Shown: positions 25,102 through 37,600 of the stretch, in pieces
Layout of the letters: each line of letters begins with the position of its first letter
Position numbering within the stretch: position 1 is the stretch's first letter
From: Botryllus schlosseri
Lineage: Eukaryota
Assembly: GCA_051294905.1 (NCBI GenBank)
Contig: CM119375.1
Coordinates: 24,552,001 to 24,616,000 of the forward strand
Reading direction: 5' to 3'
Length of the DNA stretch: 64,000 nt
The notes under the pieces: generated by a model
The model's database searches: none
What the model saw: the letters and a program-made list of their open reading frames with translations, nothing else
What the model was told of the DNA's origin: nothing
Position numbers and translations under genes: made by a program

Positions 25102-26358
25102 CAGAGGTGGTCAGTAACGAAGTACTTTAACTTTTTGGAAGTACTCATGTAGTTTTCCTCTGCTTCTGGTACGTACTCAAGTAGATCTGATTTTCGCTTC
25201 TTCAACTTCTACTTGGTAATATTTTGTGATCTACTTTACTTACTTTTTGCTATTTTCAGTTTGTCAAGTAGAAGTAGTTTAGTCCCCCAATACGAATGAT
25301 AGCCTGAGGAATTTCAGGGCTGTTTTCACGGAGTACCAACATTTAATATTCATAAAAGTCAAGTGAGGCCCAGAAATGTTTTTGCGCTTCGCGCACAGTA
25401 GTTATGGAGTGACAAATATGTTTTCACGAAAGTATCAGTGAATATAATTTAGGTACCAGATTGCATGGTTCCGCTCACACCGCATTGTTGCCCATATCAA
25501 ATATTTCATCACAGTAACTATGGCTCACCAAAACGTTCGAAACTACCGTTTCGCAATCTAGCAATTATCTCTCATATCGTAATCTAGCGTGTCGTGCTAA
25601 TCCGGAAAATCCGGCATTTTTGAATGTTACATCTGTTTTAGCAGATCACCTTTGAAGCTTTATGGACAAAAGACATGAAATGTATTTCCCGCTTTTTCGG
25701 AGTGGTATTTGTATTTCACCTTCAATTCCGAGTATCATACATTGAGTTCTAATTACTTTCTGTTTTTTTGTCTGCAGAACATACATGTTGAAGCATAAAA
25801 ACAAAAAAATATAGCTACACTAAATATGAATTTTACGATCCTGAATATTTGTTATTACTAATCGCGCAAAGTGTAGAAACCGTATCCGATACAACTTATC
25901 CGTATTGCTCCTCGCCTAAATTTGGGGCCTTATAATATGGGGTAGGGCCAGGGATATCTAGACTAGATATCCCTGGTAGAGCACCATGCCATGATATTCT
26001 CTAAAACGTGGTTTTCTAGTAAACAAAGGGTTAGTATCGCATTTTCATATCAATACTATAATTTGCATCCCATGATGCGGGAAATGCTTATTCTGTCGAA
26101 AATTGATACCTCCTGGGATGCATCAACACGAATCAAGCTCTCTGTACCGCGTGTAGCTTAATTTGCAGCTTTTGACAGTCATGTTTTCAAAACTACTTAC
26201 TTACTTGAGTAGATTTAAAGTCAGCTAATTCTACTTCTACTTCAAATAGTTTTAGGTGGCTTATGGAATAAGTACTTTTTCTCGTACTGGAGTAGATTTT
26301 TTCGTCGCTACTTCTACTTCTACTTGAGTAGCTTTCTTGACTACTTTGACCACCTCTG
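25102..26358. mobile_element. Non-autonomous hAT-like element, CAGAGGTGGTCA TIR with CTACTT/AGTAG arrays
   Basis: CAGAGGTGGTCAGTAACG ... TTTGACCACCTCTG. Flanking 8-mers match 5/8. Related fragments near 57100-57560 and 62255-62400. Confidence 0.7.
25949..25975. repeat. Short palindrome CAGGGATATCTAG-A-CTAGATATCCCTG
   Basis: 13-bp perfect arms; second copy at 31274-31307. Confidence 0.85.
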
Positions 26359-29034
26359 GGAAAATCATAGCTATATATTCATGATTTTGATTGGCGATGC
26401 AGATTTCCCTGGATCAAGATTCGCAATTAGATAGGCTTGAGACCCACAAGGTTAGCGGATTGAGTTGGCGTCCTGATTGTTCCACATTAGCCATCTTCAC
26501 ACGACAGCTATTTAGGCCACTCCTCGCCATCTATTCCATGTAAGCTGTGTCTTACAAACAGGACCGGAACTGCCGCACCCCAACACCCCAATTGAGGGGG
26601 GTGAGCTCGAAGGGAGTCCAAAATTATTTTGAGAATTATCATGTATTAGGGAGTATTGTTTTTTAAAGTTATACGACTTTTTCAATTGTTTTTAGCGATA
26701 CGCGCGATTTATAGTATCAAATATCTTGAGTATATTGAGTACCCGCGCGCCCCCAAAGAATTTATTTTACGGAAATGGGCATTTCGGCGTCGGTCATTAT
26801 CGTTCCACGACGCACCAAGACATGAATTTTTAGGCCATGCAACATGCGACTCCGAGAAGTGTGCCAGAGCGATCAGCAGCGAAAAAACCTTGGCCGAAAA
26901 GAACTGCCCTTATGCTGACTGAAAACGTCGATATATGTGTTTAATTGTCCAAATTTATACGCTTCGCACGTTTACGCGAAACTAATTGACCTGCTAAATA
27001 AATAGTACAGCAAAATCTCACTGATTTAAGTAGCTGCAAAAACGCAGGTGGTCTTGGGGGTCTGCCCCCTGAAGTTTCGTTTATCACTCTAACGGTGGCC
27101 CAATACAAACGTTTTGGGAGGACCTGACGAAGTGCTGTTTCGGTGCTGCTTACAAAATCCTATATAGAAGTGGGCTGTAGTTGGCAGATATGAAATCTAA
27201 CATAGAATATCGACCAGGTGTAAATGACTATTGCAGTCGAAATCAACATAAAGACCCCAGACAACAACAGCGCAGGCTATGTAAGTAGCTATCGCATATA
27301 CTACAAACGTATTAACGTAGCAATATATAGATATAAAATAGCTTATATATCAGCTACATCATTAGCAAATGTATTTGCTCCATATTACGTGTTCGCTGTC
27401 GCTACTATACAATTCATACAACACTGTCGGTGGGTTTTCGAAATCCATAGCGCGTTTCGCTGTGCTGCGATTGTCCGATTGTTAGCGAGTAGGGCGGGAA
27501 ACAGATTCGATTGTGCCTCACCTGGCTCTTGTTTCTCTGCGCTGCCATAAAGTCGAATTTCATATTCCCAGGCGATTTTGAGGGAGTTACGGTTCTCTAA
27601 GATGGTTAATATTAGAATTTCCGAATCGGTGAGACAATAGCATTTGATAGATACCAGTTATTACGAATTCTGTGCTGTTTATGATGAATTGCATTGTCCT
27701 AGGTGAGGTTTGACCCGCCCGTGCCTCACCTGCGCCTCACCTCTCCTTTCGTGCTACATTTTTTAACAGTAAATATGAATATGGGTGATGATATATTGAT
27801 CAGCGTTAGATTTACCTACGAAATGGAACAGATCAATAACAACTTATACATAATGAATACTGTGCGGTAGCCGTAGAAATGTGCAATCGCCGAAGAATCC
27901 ATTGGTGTTACAGCTGTGAAGCATAGGCTACGACTACTTGATGCTCGCCACATTTAATTGGCGATAATAACATATAAAAGATACCCAAGATGACACAGAA
28001 TGTAACCAACTATAGCCTACATCAAACGGGCAACATAATGCCAATGGCGGTTGCCATACCGACCTGCTTAGATATCTAAATAAACTTTTGATATTTTACT
28101 GTTTCTCATACCAGTTTGATAGTTTGTTGCGTCCGTGGTTGTACCAAGTCACGGCATTCTGAGTCACAAAAGTCCTTCTCTGATTGTAACGTTTGACGCG
28201 ACGAGTACGAGTACGGGTAATTCTACAGAAGGTCGCGGCCAAGTCCAAATCCCAGTGTTCAGTCACGAATTATCAACGGTTCATGTTTTATCATCATGAA
28301 CAAGTAATGTCACGTATTTGTTGATTGTTGATATTTGTTGAACGTTTGAAAGTGAGGTAATAGTGAAGTTTGCTGAGTAGTTTCAGGCTTCTGGAGTAGT
28401 GTCAGAGCGAATTTTAAGTTCTCAAATTAAAAAAGAAATTAGTAGTTAATTGTCGAATACTTCGAAATCCCGAATGCCGTCGCGGACCGCATAGAATGGT
28501 CTCGCGAGCCGCATGAGGCCCGCGGGCCGCGTGTTTGAGACCTCTGGCCTATACTATTGCAACCGAATCGGACCCCTACCAATCGTGAGGCCTTTCTACA
28601 ATGCAGTATACTTTCACTTGGCAGGTAACGGTACTGAGGGCTTACTGTGAAATGTTTTACCAGATAACTATACATTGCACGCTGTTTAGACGCTCGATGG
28701 TATACGACTTGGAAGAATAATGAGCGAATCAATCTAGGCCTCGATGCGATTTCTACAGTAAAATATATACATTTTAATAATATATTCATTGCAAAATATA
28801 TTAAAACCCGAAGCTCTTCGAGCTGACACTCTTCAAGGGCAATCGTCAGCAAATGGAGAATTTCAAAAACATGCATCTAGCTACATTGCATACAACCAAT
28901 TATGACGTCATAGATACAAAACAACATGAAAGACAGGCGAACCGCGAGCGCAGCTAGTGGCCAATTTTTAGATTGACTAAAAATTCCTTCTGCTGACACA
29001 AGCACGGTCGGTGGATAAGTCGATTCCAGTGCAG

Positions 29035-29293
29035 GGAGAGAGAGAGAGATATGATATTCTTTCTCGCCTGCACCATCGAGATGCTTTGGCGACGGAGTTG
29101 CGATACGGCCCCATGAGGTCATCTAGTCTGCGCCCCCGTTTTTTTTCTCCTCCATGCTATCCGTGATTGCTGAGCGCCCAGCAGGATAGCTGCGGATACC
29201 ATTTTTCGAGTCTTTGGTATGACCCGGCCGGGGATCGAACCCACGACCTACCGCTCGAGAAGCCGGACGCATAACCATTACACTATCTCGCTC
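29035..29293 (-). mobile_element. tRNA-derived SINE
   Basis: A box TAGTGTAATGG, B box GGGTTCGATCCC, body GGGTCATACCAAAGACTCGAAAAATGGTATCC...GGCGCTCAGCA, (CT)n tail. Inserted at CTGC in the Penelope frame. Confidence 0.85.
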
Positions 29294-29451
29294 GCAGACA
29301 AATGGAAATTAGTGCGGTCTGTACCTAATATAGAGAATCTTTCATCGCGATAGTTTTTAGCGCAAGCTGCATTATCAGCCAGATGCTTGCCGATGACAGA
29401 GTTCATTGCCATGGCCTGATTACGTTCTAGTAATCGCAGATCAGTTACGGC

Positions 29452-30485
29452 TAGGGTTGGGACTTCGGGATCAAATTTGAAATCCCGGGATTTGCGCTTC
29501 TCAATCCCGGGATTTCCCGGGATTAGCAAAGTAGTAAAATACCCATGCAAGCTACACACACAACATTTATTCCTTGTGGTATTGACGAAAAAAACATGCT
29601 CCCGTGAATACGAATGAAACCCAGCGACCGAAGGCCACCCGGATAATGAGCGTTTAAATTCATGTACCGCCTGTTTCGTGTAGAAGTTGATTCGTCAAAC
29701 GTGATCGATGCTGCGTTTCATTGCCATAAGCTCCTCTTCCACACACTTACGGATTTATTTGCTGTGCTCGATCACCAAGTCACGAACCAATTTGCGACAT
29801 CTTGACAAGTCATAGCCATAAGCCTTGAAGGCCCGACGAATTCACTCACTTTGGGTAATTGCATAAATGTTAACCCGTCCACAGCAGTTAACTGGTTAAG
29901 AAGTTCATTGAGGTGAGGCTTATGCGATTTATTTTATAGGAATCGATCTCACTCATCTTTATTTTTAGCTGATCTTTCTTTGACGTGTCCGATTGAATCA
30001 TGCATGATTTAATTACTATCATTTGTACGGACCTTAAATGCGTTATAAGTCCCTTTGTGCTAGACACTGAAGCTTTCAAAACGACTTGACATAAGTTGCA
30101 TTTGGCTTTTTATGTAGATTTATAAAACAAACAGTTTCGCTAAACATGTGATTTTCTATTTACATTGACATCTTCGAAATTCGCCATTATTCGACCTGTA
30201 TTTCACCTCCACAGCACCGTCCTTGTGACTTTCCGATACTCAGTTACACTGCTACGATTCGTAGACTACGACGGCAGTGATTGTGTAGTACATTGTTATG
30301 CCATAGCTGGGTTTAATATCAAATAATTGTGAATTGTTTTAGACAATCAGCAGAGTTTGTGACATTGCTTTATTACCAAAATACGAGAAATGGCGCTACG
30401 TAAGCCTTGGAAAATGCTCTTTACAAATCCCGGGATTTCATTGGGAGTAATCCCGGGATCGGGATCTCCCGGGGTCCCAACGCTA
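29452..30485 (-). mobile_element. Internally deleted hAT element with BED zinc-finger remnant
   Basis: TAGGGTTGGGAC ... GTCCCAACGCTA termini, perfect 8-bp TSD GTTACGGC, ATCCCGGGAT arrays. Minus strand near 30020-30110 reads KCNLCQVVLKASVSSTKGLITHLRSVQ. Confidence 0.88.
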
Positions 30486-31273
30486 GTTACGGCTGCATCT
30501 TCGCGAGAGTCCAATGTACGCGATCTGATAACGCTCGGAACATGTCGTTTGATGCGTTCCTGCAAGCGCTGAGTTGTTCTTCCCACGTAAAATATATCTA
30601 TCCAATCGCTTAATCCAGTGGTGTTCAACCTTATATCGATTAGCGAACGGCCGCGGACTGCCGCAATGGCACACCTGGATGCCAAATATGCACGTTAAGT
30701 TGGCTATACTGGGGGACTTCGCATCGCGGACTATTCTGGTGGTGACCTGTGCCATCACTGTTTACTTGTGAAATACCTTGCGCATAAAACACTCTAGGTG
30801 TAAAAGCGGAGCGCCCTCTCAGACTTGCTATTCGCACCGAAATCGCCAGTATTTTAATGGTATCAATCAATCAATCAATCATGCAATCAATCAAATAATC
30901 ATGTTATTAACATTTTATTCAAATTAAAACACCACAGGATTGCGGTACAATGAAAAGATAGGAAGGTGTCGAAACGACTTGGAGTAGTCGTTGAAATGGC
31001 AAGTCAATGGTATTCGTTGTCCAGTCGCGATGCGCGAAAATATTTTTTAACTGCAGGAAAGAAATTCCGCGGTAATATTGTTATTTGCACATATTACTGT
31101 CAAATATTTTTCCTTTCTCAGTCCATGTGATCAGATTTACCGGTAGAGTTGATGTAGGGGATGTCTTCGAAAATGTTGATCACAGGATTATCAGTATGGT
31201 CGAAATATAAATACTGGAACGCAGCAGCAAAACCATCATTTGTGAGACGCACACGATTCCAAACTGTTTTTCT

Positions 31274-31307
31274 CAGGGATATCTAGAACTAGAACTAGAT
31301 ATCCCTG
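31274..31307. repeat. Short palindrome CAGGGATATCTAG-AACTAGAA-CTAGATATCCCTG
   Basis: Same 13-bp arms as 25949-25975 with a different loop. Confidence 0.85.
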
Positions 31308-31648
31308 ACTTTCCTTTATAGACTGCATCATTTTCCTCTGCGGTTCGCATTTGAATCGAAGGGGTTCGGATTACAAGAGCCCTATTATATTAAAAACTAA
31401 AAAACTTACTAACCTGAATTGCGCCAAGCGCGAGAAAAATTTTGAAGTTGAATTAAAATCCCTAAGAAAGTTGGGATCCTATTCGATCCTGATCTGATAT
31501 ACTGAAAATTTATGCTACGTACTACGTATGTAGGCTACTATGCACTGGTGAATTTATTGCACTGGAAATATATAACAGATGAAAAATCGGCAAGTCTAAT
31601 TACATGCTGGAAGAAGATCTTATACAATATATATACGTGAGTTCGCAA

Positions 31649-34600
31649 TCAAGGATATCCAAGCCGATCAAGCTCTCTGTCGACTTGGCAAGTGCTGCAC
31701 GCTCCACAAAATGTCGTTATCAAGCAGTCGTTGCAGAAATCACCCTAAATATAGCCAAGTGTTAGTCGTATGACAATGATAAACATGTTAGAATACAACA
31801 GAATAACGAAGTATATTGATAGGGTAAGCTATATATTTTTATGGCAAAATTTTATGTGATATCTTGCGACGCCCTTTACAGCAGTATGACTGTATTCTGG
31901 TAAATATCGCTTGGTGTGAGTGGCCCTACATTATAAACATACTATATATACCAAGTGGCCAGTAGGCCAGTCGATGAAGTACTTTACGCAATTTTCAAAG
32001 TGGGCTTTTGCCACCGGCATGGGCCTACTTCCGCAGACTGGTTTTGTCTTAGGTCTCATTAGTCTCAAGTCTCTTCTCCGCCGATGTATAGCATGTATAG
32101 CACCATGCGTTCGTATTTCTATATTGCAATGTCCTGTTTTATAGGTTTGCGTCGCCTTGGTAATAATTACTTTTTTAGAGTATAAAATCGTTCTTTGATA
32201 AGTAATGGCATTACCTGTAATTCCCGGCATCCACTTCCTACTTACGTATGAAATTTACTGCATGATATGAAATTTTCGGAGTAGGATGAATTGCTACGTA
32301 TTGCATGAGAATGAGAGTGTTATAAGTAGGGCTTGGCACAATGATTCGAGTAGGGGAGATGTGGTACCGATGGATCAATAATTGGAAAATGGTCGCTGGC
32401 CCCAAAATGTTCAGCCGAAAACAGCAGATCTTTTGCTGGCTCAGCACTTTGATACAAGCTCTACCTATCACGCACATATACACGAATACCCGTCTTTTCA
32501 AAAAATATTTATGGACGTTCAAAATTTGTTGCTCGAACGTGTCATCGGTCCCCACCCGGTGGGTCCAATGACACACGACCCGGGGACCTATGACACATAT
32601 ACCCTAAAAAACTCAAATGTGACTACTTTTCTTGCTCAGTATTATAATCTAAGCTGCTGCAAGCCAAAGAAGAATGTTTGGTCACAACTGTCAAAAAATA
32701 GAATAAATATTAACTCAAATGTTGTCATAAAATCACGTTTCGATTTAGGCTCGAACTTATAAATTTGTGGGTACATACATATTGCCTGAAAATCGACAGT
32801 GTGACTTCCAAATACCTCGTTATAGCGATAAAACATCATATCCAATTATTAGATAAAGATTTTCTGTACGTAGGCATGTTTCATTTGTTTCATGATTAGT
32901 ATGCTTGATTATTTTGCTTGATTTGGCTATTGTATCATCGGTCCCCACCCTACGAATTTTATACATGAATCGAAAAAAGTCCACTCAAGGAAAGTACTGA
33001 AAAAAATAATAGGTGCCATTATATAGCCTGATACAAGCCCTACACTTCACAATAAAAATTATTGCTGGTTTGTTCGTGTTGACGGTTACAAAGAAAAATG
33101 TATATGTCAATCTAAATTTAGTTTAGACCCCCCAAAACAAAAATCATCTGTGAGAGACCCCATAGCTCGCCCACGTCGAATTTTTTTGTATGTGAGGAAA
33201 GATTTTGCCAGCATGCAATTGTAGACAAGTTCACGAAGTGTAATCATGGAATTATCATAGAGAATTTTCAAAGTATTTTCGGTCCCAGTGATCCATCGGT
33301 ACCACATCTCCCCTACTCGAATCTGAATCGAGTGGTAATTTTAATGATGTGAGTCTAGTAGTAAAAGACGATTTCTCGAGTACTGAAATTATACTGTCCT
33401 CGCCACTAAAAGCTAATTTATCAACGGGAACGATACTAATTTTCACTGTTGAAGTCTTGAACCTTTGATTAATCGTATTGTAGCATACGAAACATATAGT
33501 ACAAGCTACGAACGTTACTGGGAATAGCACATTTCCGAAGTCCTGATCATCCCACAACATTGGCACCAAGTGCAATGAAATCGGTATGGTCGAAAAAATA
33601 CCTAAGTATCTTTAATGTGATAGATAACAGGCATTATATTCTTTGTAGTCGCATAAAAGGTACATATTTAAACGTTGACATATTACATTCGGTTATGACG
33701 TCATACTGAGTGATACTCGATTACTCGACTCGACTCGAAGCATATTCCGTAATTCAGAATCAAATCACTCAGGTAGCCTACTCGATTTTTCCCAGCCCTA
33801 GTTATAAGCTGAATATAGTATAATATAGTATGGTGTTGGGAGACGCCAATTCAACTATTTCAGATGACATGACTTGACTTGACTCGAGTCACTTTGCAAA
33901 TATGACTTGACTTAGCTCTCAAAAATGACTCGTGACTCGATGGAAAATTTTCGAAGAGCTTCTTGGAGGTACAGAACTTCAATATACAATTAAATAGTAT
34001 ATTCATATTGAAATGAACCCGAATATTTTCGGCTGACACTCGTCAGGGGTAATCGTCAGCAACTAGTAGAGAATTGGAAAGAACATTGTATATCAACAAT
34101 CGTATCACAAAATATGACGTCACCAGCATGAAATTTCGAATGAGAGAGCGTTCAATGTACTATTTTTAGGTGATACACGAACTCCTTTTGTTGACAGAGT
34201 TTTGGTTGGTGTATTTTGATAAAAGTTGATTCCAAGGCACACAGTGATCCCAAGTGTGCCTTGGAATCAACTTTTATCAAAATACACCAACCAAAACTCT
34301 GTCAACAAAAGGAGTTCGTGTATCACCTAAAAATAGTACATTGAACGCTCTCTCATTCGAAATTTCATGCTGGTGACGTCATATTTTGTGATACGATTGT
34401 TGATATACAATGTTCTTTCCAATTCTCTACTAGTTGCTGACGATTACCCCTGACGAGTGTCAGCCGAAAATATTCGGGTTCATTTCAATATGAATATACT
34501 ATTTAATTGAAAATTTTCGAGTAAATTTTAGTTATCAAGACATCGTTGTCGACACTACAATGCGCAAGCGCGTACCATCCCACAGGTTGAAAAGCACTGG

Positions 34601-37600
34601 TTAATTATAGTAGACATATGCAGCATAGGGTTGCCATACGTCCGGAATTTTCCTGACATGTCCGGAATTTCACTGTAAAAACTGCGCCCGGGAGGCAATA
34701 ATAAAATATGCCTAACTGTACGAACTTTTGAAGGCTTGAAGTAGGCTCAAATATTATTTTCACGCAGATTTATGCTATTTGGAATTTTTATTCCCACTCT
34801 GAGCGATTTAGTGCATCGTACATTCATATTTATATTGGGACCACGCAAAGAATGCAATCAAAAATGAATAAAAATAACCATCATTCACTGAAATAAGTGT
34901 AATTGTAATCGCAATTATAAGATAACGGTATATTCCTAGAGTTGGTTAAGGCCGTTTGAATGCTTTAGTAAAAGACAGTTGTTCTAAACCTGGGGTTCGT
35001 TTTCCTTTATTCTGGGGATCGCGAAGATGTTGGACGTTATCAGCTTCCAAAATAGGCCGTAAGTAAGTCTGGGCAAGCTGACCTTTTTTAGTAACCAGCC
35101 TATCAATTTCGGAGCTGGACCACGGAACATTTTAAAATTGGAAATGAGATCGCGACCATAAAATGTTGGAAACGACCGGATATGCAACCTTCTGGTGCAT
35201 TTTATAGTAATTGATGGACGAACCAATATTATTGACATAATTCATTCACACAATATAACAACCCAAAGCATATAATAGGCCCCCAAGAAGTTAAATCGAT
35301 TTAGCCTACCTAATGGTGGGCCCAAGATCAGTGCTTTTTGTGCGGAAGTGGGTTGGAAAAATGTTGTTTCGGACCTGGTTGCAACACACAACTAGATAAG
35401 CACTTCGACCTAACAGTATAGCAGGGCTGTCAAACACACGAGCGGCGGACCGGATACGGTTCACGAGTCGATTTTATCCGGCCAGTGAAGAAATCTGTTG
35501 CAGAACCAAGAAGTTACCAGGGCTCACATTCAATGTTCCCTCTAAGCTGCGCACGTGCGCAAATGCGCAGTGCTGAACCGGTCTCTGCGCACAGAAAATC
35601 TTCGCTGCGCACAAAAAAATAGATAGGGATGACTTTTTTTCTTTTTTCTAATTGTTGTTCTCCAAGGGACCGCGCAAGCGCGCAGACTCGTGAAAAACCA
35701 GAGGGAACATTGCCAGGGGCCAATAGTGTTATCGGTGAAGTCTGAAACCGAGGTACAAGTGCGGCCAGTAAAGGTAAATATTGCGGTCTGTGAAGAAATG
35801 ATAATTTGCAATGACGTGCGCCTCACGGAAGAGATTTTTCTTTTAGTATGGTCTCGTACGCGTGAGCGATACTGATATCATTTCAGTAACACAATCTTTT
35901 CTGGGAATGGCTAAATAACAATGGGCGAGCGAGAAACTAACGAATAGTCTTCTCCGTGTGGCATGAACATTGTGTAAGATTTACTGTACAATTATACATG
36001 CCGTGAATTTTCGAAGTCATCACTTTCATCAGGCAAATCTGATCACGTATGGTGAGATAGAATAATATGCAGAATATGCAAGTAGGCCTACAAGCACCAA
36101 CATTGTTGAAAAATCCATCCCCTTGCAAACGTTGATCGAGAAACGCTGCAACCATGCCAGAACGATCGGCAGCGAGAAAACCTTGGCCGTAAAAGACTGC
36201 CCTATGCTGACCGAAAACTTCGGTATACAAAATACATATAGGTTTAATCGTCCATATAGGCGCCTAAATGACTGGCGCCGAATGATCCTGTCTTGGCAAT
36301 CTGAACCTCACAAGACAATTAAATACCATCCCGCAGGAAAAAAATTATATGCCAGTAAAGAAATACCAATCCGAAATCGTGTGATCTTTCAGTTTAGTAT
36401 GTTTGGGCGATTCCATATTTTTGATATAACAGACAGGAGATCACAAAATAACATCATGTAACGAAGCCATACCAACGGGTCCGCCCGCCCGAAGATGTCC
36501 AATTATTATTTACGGGCTCTGCAGTTTCAAAGACACCTCAGTCAGCTCTACCGGTAAATCTGATTAAACGTGAGCAGAGAGGACAAGGAATAGATAGCAA
36601 AAAATATGCATTTCCCGATCTTATTGACCGATTTTATCATGAATTATCGAAAATTTTCGCGCTTCGCGTTGGCTCACTAGACAGTACTGCTATAATTTCG
36701 TGGCAAAAGCGAACAATATAATGGGGGGGGGGGCAGTTTATCACCCTATGGGAGCTCAAGACTCCAGTTTTCTTGGGGGGGTGGGCTAACGAAGTGCTGT
36801 TTCGCTCCTGCCAACGGGTATATGCACCGGGAGATGTTAAATTATTATGGAGGGGTCCTACCTTTTCAAACACACCTCCCTCAGCTCTACCGGTAGATCA
36901 GATTACGTGAGCAGAGAGAGGATAAAAATTGATAGCAATATATAGGCCTACGCAATTCCCGATCATATTGACCGATTCAGTCATGAATTAAAAGAATTTC
37001 TCGCGCTTCGCGCGTTTACGCGAGAGAAGGTGACTCAGTAAACGGTAGACCCAAAGAAGCAGATAAGTAGCGGGAAACAGCGTATAGCCTGAGGGGGGTC
37101 TGGAGGGCGAAGCGTCCCAGAAGTTCGGCTTATCCCCATATGGGGGGCCTGGTTGCGCACTGTTGTCCAAGGGCCTGCGCAGTGAGTTGGCATGTTTGCG
37201 CAGACTCGCGAAAAATTAGAGGGAACATTGCTCACATTAGAGATGGCGCGATTCTGAGCCTTTGTTCCACTCCACTTCTGTATACAGTCGATAGACAAAC
37301 ATTTGCTGGTGTGACGTCATATTGACTGACAATTTCTCCATACCTCATCGCTAAACCCGCTAGTTGGCGCTAATGAGAGTCCGGAATTTTAGCCACAAAA
37401 ATATGGTAACCCTAGTGTAGTATAGTATTGTATAAATCAGCGCAGCATGAACGCTGCAACAAATATACAAGGTCATCGCCAATGCCATTAACCGATCTCA
37501 GCGAGATAAGAAGTTGCAGACTTACATCGATACCGTGTTTGGCTCTGATGTAGGGTCTGGATATTGTTTCGAAATGTCGGCCGCACCAGCATCCATACCC

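Larger units (their letters stand above)
28965..30595 (-). pseudogene. Penelope-like retroelement GIY-YIG endonuclease relic, split by a hAT element and a SINE
   Basis: Removing 29452-30485 plus one TSD restores the frame YVGRTTQRLQERIKRHVPSVIRS...AVTDLR...SVIGKHLADNAACAKNYRDERFSIL...NFHLSA. After the SINE it continues ALESTY...LCQQKEFLVNLKI. Confidence 0.82.

Noticed and set aside
29215-29293. Possible tRNA gene
   Set aside because: It has A and B boxes but continues into a SINE body and tail, and I could not fold a full acceptor stem.
33107-33307. GSLTDDFC as candidate cornifelin exon 3
   Set aside because: No acceptor, lies inside a MITE, and the real exon is 31649-31744.
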